Of a stretch of 64,000 bases of DNA, positions 1 through 9,310 are shown piece by piece. How positions within the stretch are numbered: position 1 is the first letter of the stretch; every line of letters starts with the position of its first letter. The translations under genes and the position numbers were made by a program. The notes beneath the pieces were generated by a model, which did not search any database, was not told the DNA's origin, and saw nothing but the letters and a program-made list of their open reading frames with translations. Source of the stretch: Planctomycetota bacterium (GTDB lineage Bacteria; Planctomycetota; JAJSAM01; JAJVHW01); the NCBI GenBank assembly GCA_965248445.1, contig CBDFJG010000004.1, positions 64,001 to 128,000 of the forward strand. The letters run 5' to 3'.

Positions 1-147
1 CAACCGGCTCTTCTCGCGCCGCAGGTTGCGCGAAGCCTGCCCGACCACGCCGGGGAACGCCCCGGCCACGAAGAGTTGCAGTCCACCGAGAGCGAGAAGG
101 GCTCCCAGGATGATGAGGGTGATGCCCCAGACGGTTCCAGTCGTCAT
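1..147 (-). CDS. membrane protein, 5' part (runs off the window), with an apparent +1 frameshift near 60
   Basis: ATG at 147 follows a GGAGG RBS and encodes hydrophobic MTTGTVWGITLIILGALLALGGLQLFVAG. The reading continues more naturally (AFPGVVGQASRNLRREK) if one G is removed from the GGG run. Confidence 0.5.
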   Translation of the reverse strand, partial: MTTGTVWGITLIILGALLALGGLQLFVAGAFPGVVGQASRNLRREKSRL

Positions 148-231
148 CGCAAACGCCTCCCAGGGGCGTCCGCGACCATCCGCCGGCCCCACTCGTGAAT
201 GGGACCTCCGTCCTTCGGTTTGGACGAACGA

Positions 232-1071
232 CTAACGGAGGAGCGGAATGAGAAAGTCCGCGGTGGTCTCGACGAAGCGGTCGAAGGCCGGCGTCCGGCC
301 GTGCCACGGATGCCGGCAGTTCAGCACGTGGTCGCAGTCCTCGAACTGCGCGTAGACCCCACCGGGCGCAGCCTCGGCCAGTTTGCGTCCTTCGTTGCAC
401 GGCACCGATGTGTCGTTCGCACCGTGCACGACCAACAGCGGGCTGGTCAGACGCGACGCATGCGACGCGGCGATGTCCTGGACGTCGTCTCGGTCGCGCA
501 TCTCCAGGATCGCCTCCCGGCCGAAGCGTAGGATCTCGCCGGTCCGCGTGTTCTTGATCGGAACGAAACCGTCGGCGAGCCCCTGCGCGACGACCTCGTC
601 GGGGAAGCGCCTCCCCGTTGCGATCGGCGCGAGGGCCACGACGGCGCGCACGGCCGGGTCGTCAGCAGCGTGGACGATCACGAGCGCTCCGCCCCGGCTG
701 TGGCCGAGGAGCGCGAGACGGTCCGCGTGCAGGCGCTCCTTGCCGGGCAGAGCGCCGTTGCGCAGCGCGCCGAGCACCGCCACGAGGTCCGCCTGTTCCC
801 GCACGAGCGTGTTCTTCTCGAACAGGTGCTTCTCGTCGAAGACGAGGCCCTCGGCACCGACGCCGTTGTGCGAGCCGTCGTACCGGACGACGCCGAAACC
901 GCGCTCCGCGAACGCCTTGGCGAAGCGCGGCCAGAAACCCCAGCGGCGGAAGCCCTTGAAGCCGTGCGCTCCGACGATCACAGGGACCACTCGATTGCCA
1001 TCCGGCAGATCCACGTCGCCGCGCACGGGCAGCCCATCGCTGCCGGTGATCTCGAAGGGAAGTCGTGCCAT
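232..1071 (-). CDS. alpha/beta-fold hydrolase
   Basis: HGFKG oxyanion motif, GHSRGG nucleophile elbow, HGANDTSV acid and a downstream His. Start placed at MARLPFEI rather than at 1845. Confidence 0.9.
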   Translation of the reverse strand: MARLPFEITGSDGLPVRGDVDLPDGNRVVPVIVGAHGFKGFRRWGFWPRFAKAFAERGFGVVRYDGSHNGVGAEGLVFDEKHLFEKNTLVREQADLVAVLGALRNGALPGKERLHADRLALLGHSRGGALVIVHAADDPAVRAVVALAPIATGRRFPDEVVAQGLADGFVPIKNTRTGEILRFGREAILEMRDRDDVQDIAASHASRLTSPLLVVHGANDTSVPCNEGRKLAEAAPGGVYAQFEDCDHVLNCRHPWHGRTPAFDRFVETTADFLIPLLR

Positions 1072-1157
1072 GCCGCGCACGCTACCAGCGGGCCGAAGAC
1101 CGCGTGCGCGGTCTCGGAGGACGCAGACGGGCGGGCGCGGCGGCCCGCCCCTACGAA

Positions 1158-2372
1158 TCACGCCGCGCGGCGGAACGTCGGGTGGGTCGTGTGGATGGTC
1201 GCGATGAGCACGAGTGAGATCACAGCCGCGACCGTCGTGGTCCTCGGCGCACCGAAGCGCTCGGCCGCGAGACCTCCCAGCAGGCCGCCCAGCGGGAAGC
1301 ACGTCAGGACGCACATCGTGAACAGCGACGAGATGCGGCCGCGCAGCTGATCCGGCGCATGACTCTGGACCATCGAGCTCGCGCCCGCGTGACACTGGAT
1401 CAGGAGGAATCCGAGCGTGACCACAAGCAACGAGCCCGGCAACACCCCGCCCGCGTGCGCGAATGCGATCAGCAGGGGAACGATCAGCAGTCCGCAGATC
1501 AGCAGCAGCCGGCCGCGCTGCACCACGCGGCTTCGCGCTGCGAGGAAGATGCCCCCGGCGAACGCACCGACGGCCATCGCGCCGCGCAGCCACGCAAAGT
1601 CGTCGGCCGTGCCGTGCCACTCCGACTTGGCGTAGACGACGAGCAGCTGACTGACCATGAATCCGAACATCGCCGTAGTGACCGCGGTCATCAGCGCGGC
1701 GCGGATGATGGGCGTGCGCAGCGCGTGACGCACGCCGTCGAGCATGCGCCCCCGCTCGTGGCGTGGTGCCGGTGGCGCCGTCTCGCGCACGAAGAACAGA
1801 CTGATCAACACGAAGAAGAACGAGACGACGTTCAACGCGAGACATCCGCCTTCACCGAGGTCGGTCGTGGCCATCAGTACCCCGAACAGCGCCGCGCCCC
1901 CGACGTGCGCTACCTGGTACGCAACCGCGTTCAGCGCGAACGCGTTCGTGATCTCCTCGCGGCCGACCAGTCGCACGATGAAGGCGTGACGGGCCGGCGC
2001 GTCCACAGTGAACACCGCGCTCGCGTAGACCGCGTACGCGACTACGTGCCACGCTTCGACTCTCTCGGTGAGCGTGAGCCAGGCGATCACCGCCGCCCCG
2101 AGCAGCATCCCTGTCTGCGTGGCGAACAGGAGACTGCGGATGCGGACGCGGTCCACCACGATGCCCGCAGGCAATGAGAGCAGCAGCGCCGGGATGAGGG
2201 GGGCGCCCATGGCGAGGCCGAGCCAGGTCTCGGAGTCGTCCGTCAGTCGGTAGATCAGCCAGGCCAGCGCGGCGCGCTCCATCCACGTGCCGATGCCGGA
2301 GAGGACGAATCCGGCGTAAAAGATCGCGAAGTTGCGTTCGCGGAGGGCTGAGAAGGCTCTCGGCAGGGGCAT
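1158..2372 (-). CDS. MFS transporter (MFS_3/EntS-like)
   Basis: About 12 hydrophobic segments, with family-typical AFSALRERNF..., GIVVDR and PDQLRGRISS motifs. Confidence 0.9.
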   Translation of the reverse strand: MPLPRAFSALRERNFAIFYAGFVLSGIGTWMERAALAWLIYRLTDDSETWLGLAMGAPLIPALLLSLPAGIVVDRVRIRSLLFATQTGMLLGAAVIAWLTLTERVEAWHVVAYAVYASAVFTVDAPARHAFIVRLVGREEITNAFALNAVAYQVAHVGGAALFGVLMATTDLGEGGCLALNVVSFFFVLISLFFVRETAPPAPRHERGRMLDGVRHALRTPIIRAALMTAVTTAMFGFMVSQLLVVYAKSEWHGTADDFAWLRGAMAVGAFAGGIFLAARSRVVQRGRLLLICGLLIVPLLIAFAHAGGVLPGSLLVVTLGFLLIQCHAGASSMVQSHAPDQLRGRISSLFTMCVLTCFPLGGLLGGLAAERFGAPRTTTVAAVISLVLIATIHTTHPTFRRAA

Positions 2373-2543
2373 CCCACGGGGACCTTGCCGGTGGGGGCTC
2401 GGAACCCCAAAATCCCCGCAGCCCAAATCCGACCCTGGCGGGCGACGACCGAAACATGGCGCCGAGCAGGCGTGTTCAGGGGGCGACCCGAGGCCGAGAG
2501 CCTCCCAGGTTCGACCACAGCCAATCCAGCAGGAGACTCCACG

Positions 2544-3308
2544 ATGTCCACGAAGCTCTTCCCCCTCGTGCTCGCGGCGGCCTTGGCCGTCCCGGCCCTC
2601 GCGGCGTGCTCGGCCGGTGACACCGGAAGTGGCGACGACATCGCTGCTCTCAAGTCCGCCATCACCGAGCTCGAGCGCACGAACGAGCGCCAGACGGCCA
2701 AGATCGAGAAGCTCGAGCGCCGCGTCTCCGGTAACGGTGAGGACATCGACCGCCTCGCAGCGGCGGCGCTCCAGCCGGGCCGCATCACACCCGCGGTCGC
2801 CGATGCCGGTGACGGAGAGGACAACGCCGGTATGGCGAACGCCGAGACCGTCCTCGCAGAGGGCGGTGCCGCGCTGGCAAAGCTGCTCGAGACGGACAAG
2901 GGCCAGGAGCTCGTCGGCAAGGCGATGGAAGCGGCCGATGAGCGCCGCCGCAGCGCGCGCATGCAGGACTGGGCCACATCGATGGTCGACCGTTTCGCCG
3001 AGCGCGCGGAGCTGACCCCCGACCAGCGCACGAAGATGCTCGATATCTCCACGCGTTCGATGACCAAGATCCGCGACGTCTGGAGCTCGATGCGCGACGC
3101 CCGCAACATGTCGCCCGAGGAGCGCGCCGACCTGATGACCGACAACCGCGCGAAGATGGAGGGCATCCGCGAGGACGCAAACGAGGAAGCCAAGGGCGTG
3201 CTGAACTCCGCTCAGTACCTCATCTACGAGGAAGAGGTCGCGAACATGAGCCGCGGCTTCGGCGGTCGTGCCCGCGGCGGGAACGACGGCGGCAACCGCG
3301 GACGCTGA
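2544..3308 (+). CDS. putative lipoprotein with coiled-coil and Spy/CpxP-like helical region
   Basis: AGGAG RBS, signal peptide ending in lipobox LAAC, ELTPDQR and LNSAQY repeats, Gly/Arg-rich tail. Confidence 0.75.
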   Translation: MSTKLFPLVLAAALAVPALAACSAGDTGSGDDIAALKSAITELERTNERQTAKIEKLERRVSGNGEDIDRLAAAALQPGRITPAVADAGDGEDNAGMANAETVLAEGGAALAKLLETDKGQELVGKAMEAADERRRSARMQDWATSMVDRFAERAELTPDQRTKMLDISTRSMTKIRDVWSSMRDARNMSPEERADLMTDNRAKMEGIREDANEEAKGVLNSAQYLIYEEEVANMSRGFGGRARGGNDGGNRGR

Positions 3309-3457
3309 TCGGCGGATCGCGACGGAGCGGGCGTGCGGCGATGCCGCACGCCCGCTCTCGATTCCGGCCCGCGCATTGCTTCACGGGGGAGAGCACCGCG
3401 TTCTCGCGAGCCGAATCGGCCTCGACACGCGGCGGCCCGAGGCCACGAACCCCCAAC

Positions 3458-3880
3458 ATGTCCAACCAGATCGACGCCCTGCCGCCGCCGACGGGGGACT
3501 CCACGGCCGCTGTGGGGACCGCCACGCGCGAGTGCCCGGACGCCCGTTTCGAGGCCGGAGTCGCAGACTTCCTGCGGCACCTGGCCCAGGCGGGATGGGG
3601 CCTGTCTGCTCCTCTGGCGACGGCGCCGCCGGAGGTCACTGTTTGCCTGGTGGCGCGCCCCCCGCAACCCCGCGCCGGCACGCCGGGACCGCATCTCCTC
3701 TACGTGTACGGCCGTGAGACCGATCTGTGCGTGGACGACCTCTGGCGGATCGCGACCGATGCGCGCACGTCGGGCTGTGAGCACGCCGTCATGCTGTTGG
3801 CGCCCGACGCCGTGATCTCGGTGCCGCTGCGTGGCGCCGCCGCGCGCCTGCGCGTGCGCGTACTCCGCCTCAACGCCTAG
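3458..3880 (+). CDS. hypothetical protein
   Basis: 140-aa ORF with host-like codon usage. Its TAG stop lies in the CTAG target site of the IS1380. Confidence 0.55.
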   Translation: MSNQIDALPPPTGDSTAAVGTATRECPDARFEAGVADFLRHLAQAGWGLSAPLATAPPEVTVCLVARPPQPRAGTPGPHLLYVYGRETDLCVDDLWRIATDARTSGCEHAVMLLAPDAVISVPLRGAAARLRVRVLRLNA

Positions 3881-5549
3881 CCGCATCTGTTCACGAGACG
3901 TCGCGATGACGGTGCTTTCGGAGTCCACAGGGTCAGATCTTGGCCAGGCGAGGGCGGATGCTGTCGTCGTTGCCACAAGGGCAACGCGAGTGAGCGGCCG
4001 AAACGGCGCGGATTCTGCGGTGTGGGCAGACCGTAGGCCGGGCGGTGGTGTGGCGGACGGCGCGGCGGGACGTCAGGTCGGCTTCGGGGATGCCAGCAGT
4101 CGTTGCGCGCAGCGCTCGAAGACGTGCTGCCAGGGCCACGACGAGGACATCGAGACCCAGATCCGGCGCGTCGTGATCCGCACGAGCGCGCCGATCTTGA
4201 GCAGCCGCAGGCGGATCGTGCCGGCTTGCGCACGCGCCATCTCGGTGCCGGCGAGACCGATGCGTCGCAGCGCACAGGTCAGGACGTAGGCCATGGCCGA
4301 CATGGCCATCCGCACGGCGTTGCCCTGCATCGTGTGCACCGACAGACGGGTGCCGAAGAGCTCGAGCTGCTGCTCCTTGATGCGATTCTCCGCCTCGCCC
4401 CGGGCGCAGTAGAGCTGCTCGTAGAGACGCTTGCTGCTCCAGCTACGAGGCGGCAGATTGGTCACCACGAAGCGGGGATTGCGCTTGCCGCCCGGCAGGT
4501 GCTCGGCCTTGGCGACCACGCGACGCCTCTGGCTCCAGCTCCCCAGCGTGGTCCAGGCAAAGTCGCGAAAGACCCGGGCTGCTCGGCCGGTCTGCACGGC
4601 ACGGGCTGCGGCCTCATCGAGCGCGTCTTCGACGTGTCGCTCAAGGCGCTCATTGCGCGCCATGCCCAGCAGGTAGAAGTGGCCGGCGGCCTCGCACCAG
4701 GCCATCAGCTCCTCGCGGCAAAAGCCCGAGTCTGCGCGCACGAGCACCTTGGCCCGGGGCCAGCGGCGCCGCAGACGTAAGACCAGCGCACGGAGCTCGT
4801 CCACGACTCCGCGCGCGGGATCTCTGTCAGCGGTCTGGAGCCGAGCGAGCAAGAGGTGCTCGCCGCAGAAGACGTACAGCGGCAGGTAGCAGTAGTGCCC
4901 GTAGTAGCCGTGGAAGAAGCGGCCCTCCTGCCGGCCGTGCAGCCGCACGTCGGAGTGGTCCAGGTCCAGCACGAGCAGGCCCGGATCCTCCGGCCCCATG
5001 GCCTCGCAGAAGACGTCGCTGAGCACGCTGTCCACGCGCTCCTGGTCCATCTCGATCTTGGCGTAGCGCGTCTGTGCCGTGGCGCCGAGCTGCGTGGTCT
5101 CGAGCCGCGAGAGCGTCGGGTGCGTGGCCAGAGCACCCTCGCGCTTGCCGCACGCCGCGGCAAACAGCGGGTCCTTGCCGACATGGTCGTGGTCCACCAG
5201 ATCCTCGTAGCCCGCGCACAGCCCGAAGACCCGCTGACGCAGCATCTGGCCGACCGTGTGCTCGACCCGACGCGGGTCCCGGTGGTCCCCGAAGCAGCGC
5301 GCAAACCGCGAGAGCAGATCGATGCGACGATCGGTCCGCTCGAGCAGCAGCACGCCCCCGTCGCTCGTCACGGTACCGGCGTCGAAGCGCGTCACCGCGG
5401 TGCGTCCACAGATGCCCGCGAAGAGGGTCCCCTGCGGGCTACAGTCTGTCGTCATCGGGCCGGCGCTCCTGTCGGTGCAAGTACTAGCGAGTACGAGCAC
5501 TTAGACAGACGACGGCCCGCTCAGATTCCCGGCTGGTGAACGATTCGGG
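3881..5549 (-). mobile_element. IS1380-family insertion sequence, type A, copy 1 (1669 bp)
   Basis: Imperfect TIRs CCCGAATCGTTCAC / CCGCATCTGTTCAC. CTAG on both sides (3877-3880 and 5550-5553). Confidence 0.95.
4073..5455 (-). CDS. IS1380-family DDE transposase
   Basis: TSDGG, GYED, LDLD, HGRQEG, FHGYY, RADSGF and YCARGEAENRIKE motifs. Confidence 0.95.
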   Translation of the reverse strand: MTTDCSPQGTLFAGICGRTAVTRFDAGTVTSDGGVLLLERTDRRIDLLSRFARCFGDHRDPRRVEHTVGQMLRQRVFGLCAGYEDLVDHDHVGKDPLFAAACGKREGALATHPTLSRLETTQLGATAQTRYAKIEMDQERVDSVLSDVFCEAMGPEDPGLLVLDLDHSDVRLHGRQEGRFFHGYYGHYCYLPLYVFCGEHLLLARLQTADRDPARGVVDELRALVLRLRRRWPRAKVLVRADSGFCREELMAWCEAAGHFYLLGMARNERLERHVEDALDEAAARAVQTGRAARVFRDFAWTTLGSWSQRRRVVAKAEHLPGGKRNPRFVVTNLPPRSWSSKRLYEQLYCARGEAENRIKEQQLELFGTRLSVHTMQGNAVRMAMSAMAYVLTCALRRIGLAGTEMARAQAGTIRLRLLKIGALVRITTRRIWVSMSSSWPWQHVFERCAQRLLASPKPT

Positions 5550-5584
5550 CTAGCAACCACCGACGCATGCAATCCGCTGTCCGG

Positions 5585-6642
5585 TCAGTCTCTCGCGGCG
5601 AGGCGGGCGCGCTCGAGCATCTCGTAGAGCTCGGCCACGCCGTCTGCTCCCTCGTGCACGTAGTGCCGCCGATAGGAGCCGGCCGACCGAAGCGTGACGC
5701 ACCTGCGGACGCGTGCTTCCGGCGTTCCGGAGCTCGATCCGGCGAGATTGTGCGAGGTGATCCACTCCCAGATCGCGTGGTAGTCGTCGCCCGACATCTT
5801 GCCCTCTGTGATGTCCCACCCCACGACGTTGATCGCGCGATCGTCGCGCACGATCCACGTGACGCCGGACTCGGTACCGAACTCGACGGAGCGTCCGGGA
5901 GACTCGACGCCCTGTCCAAGACGCTCCGCGAACCACCCGTCACCCTCGGTCGGCACGAGTCCCGGGTCGTCAGATGTACGGCCGCTGTGCGAATCGATGA
6001 AGCCGCCGAGTGGCTCGAGGACGAGCAGATCCACCGGCGAGTTCCCGCTGAGAGTGGAGCCCTCGATCGTGGTCCCGGTCGCGGCGTTGAGCAGTCCACC
6101 CCTGGCCGCGCCGTGAATGCCGGTGCCGCCGACATGGCCCGCGTCCGAGCCGGGTTCGAAGCAGATCCCGAAACGACCGGCGCCGCGGATTATCGTGTTG
6201 CGCACGTCGACGTTCTCAGCGTACACGACGATGCCGTCGATTCCGGTGCCGGTGACCGTCGTGTCTTCGACGCAGTGTTCGCCGCCGATGAGCGCGATCC
6301 CGTGTCCGCTCGCGTCGCGGATGTCATTGCCGCTGAGTTGACCGCCGACGCCCTCGACGACGACGCCGTGCGAGCGCGTGCCGTAGATCGAGTTGTCGGA
6401 CACGTGGGCGTCGTCACCCAGGATGTCGATGCCGTGCCCTTCGAACGGCGTGTGCGTGTGCCCGTGCTGCACGATGTCGTTCGACGCCACCGTGACGTCG
6501 TTGCCGACCACGCGGACCGACGTCGAGCTGTGCCGGCCGCCGAACAGATTGCGTTCGATGACCGCGGAATCGGCCGAGACGACGACTCCGCTGCCTTCGC
6601 GCTGCACGACCGTGTTGTCGCAGATCCACGTGCCGTCACCAG
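5585..6642 (-). pseudogene. right-handed parallel beta-helix repeat protein, 5'-truncated
   Basis: Repeated GIxIxGxxxxVxDNxI-type units. No credible start or signal peptide; the ORF abuts a truncated receiver domain on the opposite strand. Confidence 0.7.
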
Positions 6643-6897
6643 ATGCCCGTGATGGACGGCCTGCACGCAACGCGTCAGCTCCGGGAATCCGGGTACGTTG
6701 GACCGATCTTCGCTCTGACGGCGAACGCGTCCACCGAGTCGGCCGACGCGTGTCGCGACGCAGGCATGGATCACTTTGTTACCAAGCCTGTCAGCCTCGA
6801 GCGAGTACGCGAGGCGCTGTTACTGGCTCGCCCCGTTCTTGAATCCACCTCGAGTGAGAGTCGGTCCCATCGATCCGCTGGGCATCGGCACGCGTAG
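6640..6897 (+). pseudogene. C-terminal half of a response-regulator receiver domain (hybrid-kinase type)
   Basis: QMPVMDG...IFALTANA...AGMDHFVTKP. The phospho-acceptor Asp and the N-terminal half are missing. Confidence 0.85.
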
Positions 6898-7070
6898 CGA
6901 GTCGCCGGCCTCGCTACGGTGTTCTCGATGGCACCACCACCCCCGCGACGTGGTCTGCGCACAACCCACTCTCGCTGCCGAGAACCGACAGCACGCGAAA
7001 GTCGAAAGAACGCGTGCGGCACGGTTTCTCGCGGTCTTTCGAGATGACTGAGACGACCCCGCGAATCGAG

Positions 7071-7113
7071 ACGCCCCGCGGAGTGGATCACTCCGCGGGG
7101 CGTTCTGTGTTGT
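7071..7113 (+). terminator. rho-independent terminator-like hairpin
   Basis: Perfect 15-bp stem ACGCCCCGCGGAGTG-gat-CACTCCGCGGGGCGT followed by T-rich TCTGTGTTGT. Confidence 0.7.
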
Positions 7114-7129
7114 TGGGCTGCGCGACTAG

Positions 7130-8798
7130 CCCGAATCGTTCACCAGCCGGGAATCTGAGCGGGCCGTCGTCTGTCTAAGTGCTCGTACTCGCTAGTACTT
7201 GCACCGACAGGAGCGCCGGCCCGATGACGACAGACTGTAGCCCGCAGGGGACCCTCTTCGCGGGCATCTGTGGACGCACCGCGGTGACGCGCTTCGACGC
7301 CGGTACCGTGACGAGCGACGGGGGCGTGCTGCTGCTCGAGCGGGTCGATCGTCGCATCGATCTGCTCTCGCGGTTTGCGCGCTGCTTCGGGGACCACCGG
7401 GACCCGCGTCGGGTCGAGCACACGGTCGGCCAGATGCTGCGTCAGCGGGTCTTCGGGCTGTGCGCGGGCTACGAGGATCTGGTGGACCACGACCATGTCG
7501 GCAAGGACCCGCTGTTTGCCGCGGCGTGCGGCAAGCGCGAGGGTGCTCTGGCCACGCACCCGACGCTCTCGCGGCTCGAGACCACGCAGCTCGGCGCCAC
7601 GGCACAGACGCGCTACGCCAAGATCGAGATGGACCAGGAGCGCGTGGACAGCGTGCTCAGCGACGTCTTCTGCGAGGCCATGGGGCCGGAGGATCCGGGC
7701 CTGCTCGTGCTGGACCTGGACCACTCCGACGTGCGGCTGCACGGCCGGCAGGAGGGCCGCTTCTTCCACGGCTACTACGGGCACTACTGCTACCTGCCGC
7801 TGTACGTCTTCTGCGGCGAGCACCTCTTGCTCGCTCGGCTCCAGACCGCTGACAGAGATCCCGCGCGCGGAGTCGTGGACGAGCTCCGTGCGCTGGTCTT
7901 ACGTCTGCGGCGCCGCTGGCCCCGGGCCAAGGTGCTCGTGCGCGCAGACTCGGGCTTTTGCCGCGAGGAGCTGATGGCCTGGTGCGAGGCTGCCGGCCAC
8001 TTCTACCTGCTGGGCATGGCGCGCAATGAGCGCCTTGAGCGACACGTCGAAGACGCGCTCGATGAGGCCGCAGCCCGTGCCGTGCAGACCGGCCGAGCAG
8101 CCCGGGTCTTTCGCGACTTTGCCTGGACCACGCTGGGGAGCTGGAGCCAGAGGCGTCGCGTGGTCGCCAAGGCCGAGCACCTGCCGGGCGGCAAGCGCAA
8201 TCCCCGCTTCGTGGTGACCAATCTGCCGCCTCGTAGCTGGAGCAGCAAGCGTCTCTACGAGCAGCTCTACTGCGCCCGGGGCGAGGCGGAGAATCGCATC
8301 AAGGAGCAGCAGCTCGAGCTCTTCGGCACCCGTCTGTCGGTGCACACGATGCAGGGCAACGCCGTGCGGATGGCCATGTCGGCCATGGCCTACGTCCTGA
8401 CCTGTGCGCTGCGACGCATCGGTCTCGCCGGCACCGAGATGGCGCGTGCGCAAGCCGGCACGATCCGCCTGCGGCTGCTCAAGATCGGCGCGCTCGTGCG
8501 GATCACGACGCGCCGGATCTGGGTCTCGATGTCCTCGTCGTGGCCCTGGCAGCACGTCTTCGAGCGCTGCGCGCAACGACTGCTGGCATCCCCGAAGCCG
8601 ACCTGACGTCCCGCCGCGCCGTCCGCCACACCACCGCCCGGCCTACGGTCTGCCCACACCGCAGAATCCGCGCCGTTTCGGCCGCTCACTCGCGTTGCCC
8701 TTGTGGCAACGACGACAGCATCCGCCCTCGCCTGGCCAAGATCTGACCCTGTGGACTCCGAAAGCACCGTCATCGCGACGTCTCGTGAACAGATGCGG
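7130..8798 (+). mobile_element. IS1380-family type A, copy 2 (1669 bp, inverted relative to copy 1)
   Basis: Same TIRs, CTAG at 7126-7129 and 8799-8802. About 3 substitutions versus copy 1 seen (e.g. ERVDRR vs ERTDRR). Confidence 0.95.
7224..8606 (+). CDS. IS1380-family DDE transposase
   Basis: Near-identical to 4073-5455. Confidence 0.95.
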   Translation: MTTDCSPQGTLFAGICGRTAVTRFDAGTVTSDGGVLLLERVDRRIDLLSRFARCFGDHRDPRRVEHTVGQMLRQRVFGLCAGYEDLVDHDHVGKDPLFAAACGKREGALATHPTLSRLETTQLGATAQTRYAKIEMDQERVDSVLSDVFCEAMGPEDPGLLVLDLDHSDVRLHGRQEGRFFHGYYGHYCYLPLYVFCGEHLLLARLQTADRDPARGVVDELRALVLRLRRRWPRAKVLVRADSGFCREELMAWCEAAGHFYLLGMARNERLERHVEDALDEAAARAVQTGRAARVFRDFAWTTLGSWSQRRRVVAKAEHLPGGKRNPRFVVTNLPPRSWSSKRLYEQLYCARGEAENRIKEQQLELFGTRLSVHTMQGNAVRMAMSAMAYVLTCALRRIGLAGTEMARAQAGTIRLRLLKIGALVRITTRRIWVSMSSSWPWQHVFERCAQRLLASPKPT

Positions 8799-9251
8799 CT
8801 AGTGGGTGATGAGGCCTTCCATGCCCTTGGCCTGATCGACCCAGCCCTCGACCTTCTTCGTGTCGGGTGCGACGCGCGCCAGCTTCTTCTCGGTGTTGAC
8901 CTCCAGCATCTTCGCGGCCAGGTTCTCGGCCTTGCGGTGCTTGAGCTCCTTCACCGTGTCGACGCCGGCGGCCTCGAGCAGCTCGGAGAACTGCGGGCCC
9001 ACGCCGTTGATGCGCATCAGGTCGGCCTTGTTCGTCCAGTTCAGGACGAGCTTCTCGCTGATGCCCGTGCTCTCGGCGATGGACGAGCGGCCCTGCTTGT
9101 TGCAGCACATCTCGAGCAGCTTGTCGGTCGTCGTGATGCCCGCCGTCTGCAGCTTCTCGCGGAAGCTCGGTCCGATGCCTTCGACTTCGTCGGTATTGTG
9201 CCCAGGCTCAAATCGGAGCGATGGGGCCGATAAAGAGTCCGATGGGTCCAC
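8799..9251 (-). CDS. DUF4332-domain (helix-hairpin-helix) protein; native N-terminus apparently replaced
   Basis: EVEGIGP, ADLMRINGVGPQFSELLEAAGVDTVKELKHRK and WVDQAK motifs. Similarity to the family begins near 9192. Confidence 0.85.
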   Translation of the reverse strand: MDPSDSLSAPSLRFEPGHNTDEVEGIGPSFREKLQTAGITTTDKLLEMCCNKQGRSSIAESTGISEKLVLNWTNKADLMRINGVGPQFSELLEAAGVDTVKELKHRKAENLAAKMLEVNTEKKLARVAPDTKKVEGWVDQAKGMEGLITH

Positions 9252-9310
9252 CGATCGAGTACATTCTGGCGCCGGCGAACCGTGTGAACGCCGCCCCCAG
9301 AGGAGCCGTC

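Noticed and set aside
1072..1845. N-terminal extension of the hydrolase ORF
   Set aside because: Arg-rich shadow frame overlapping the MFS gene.
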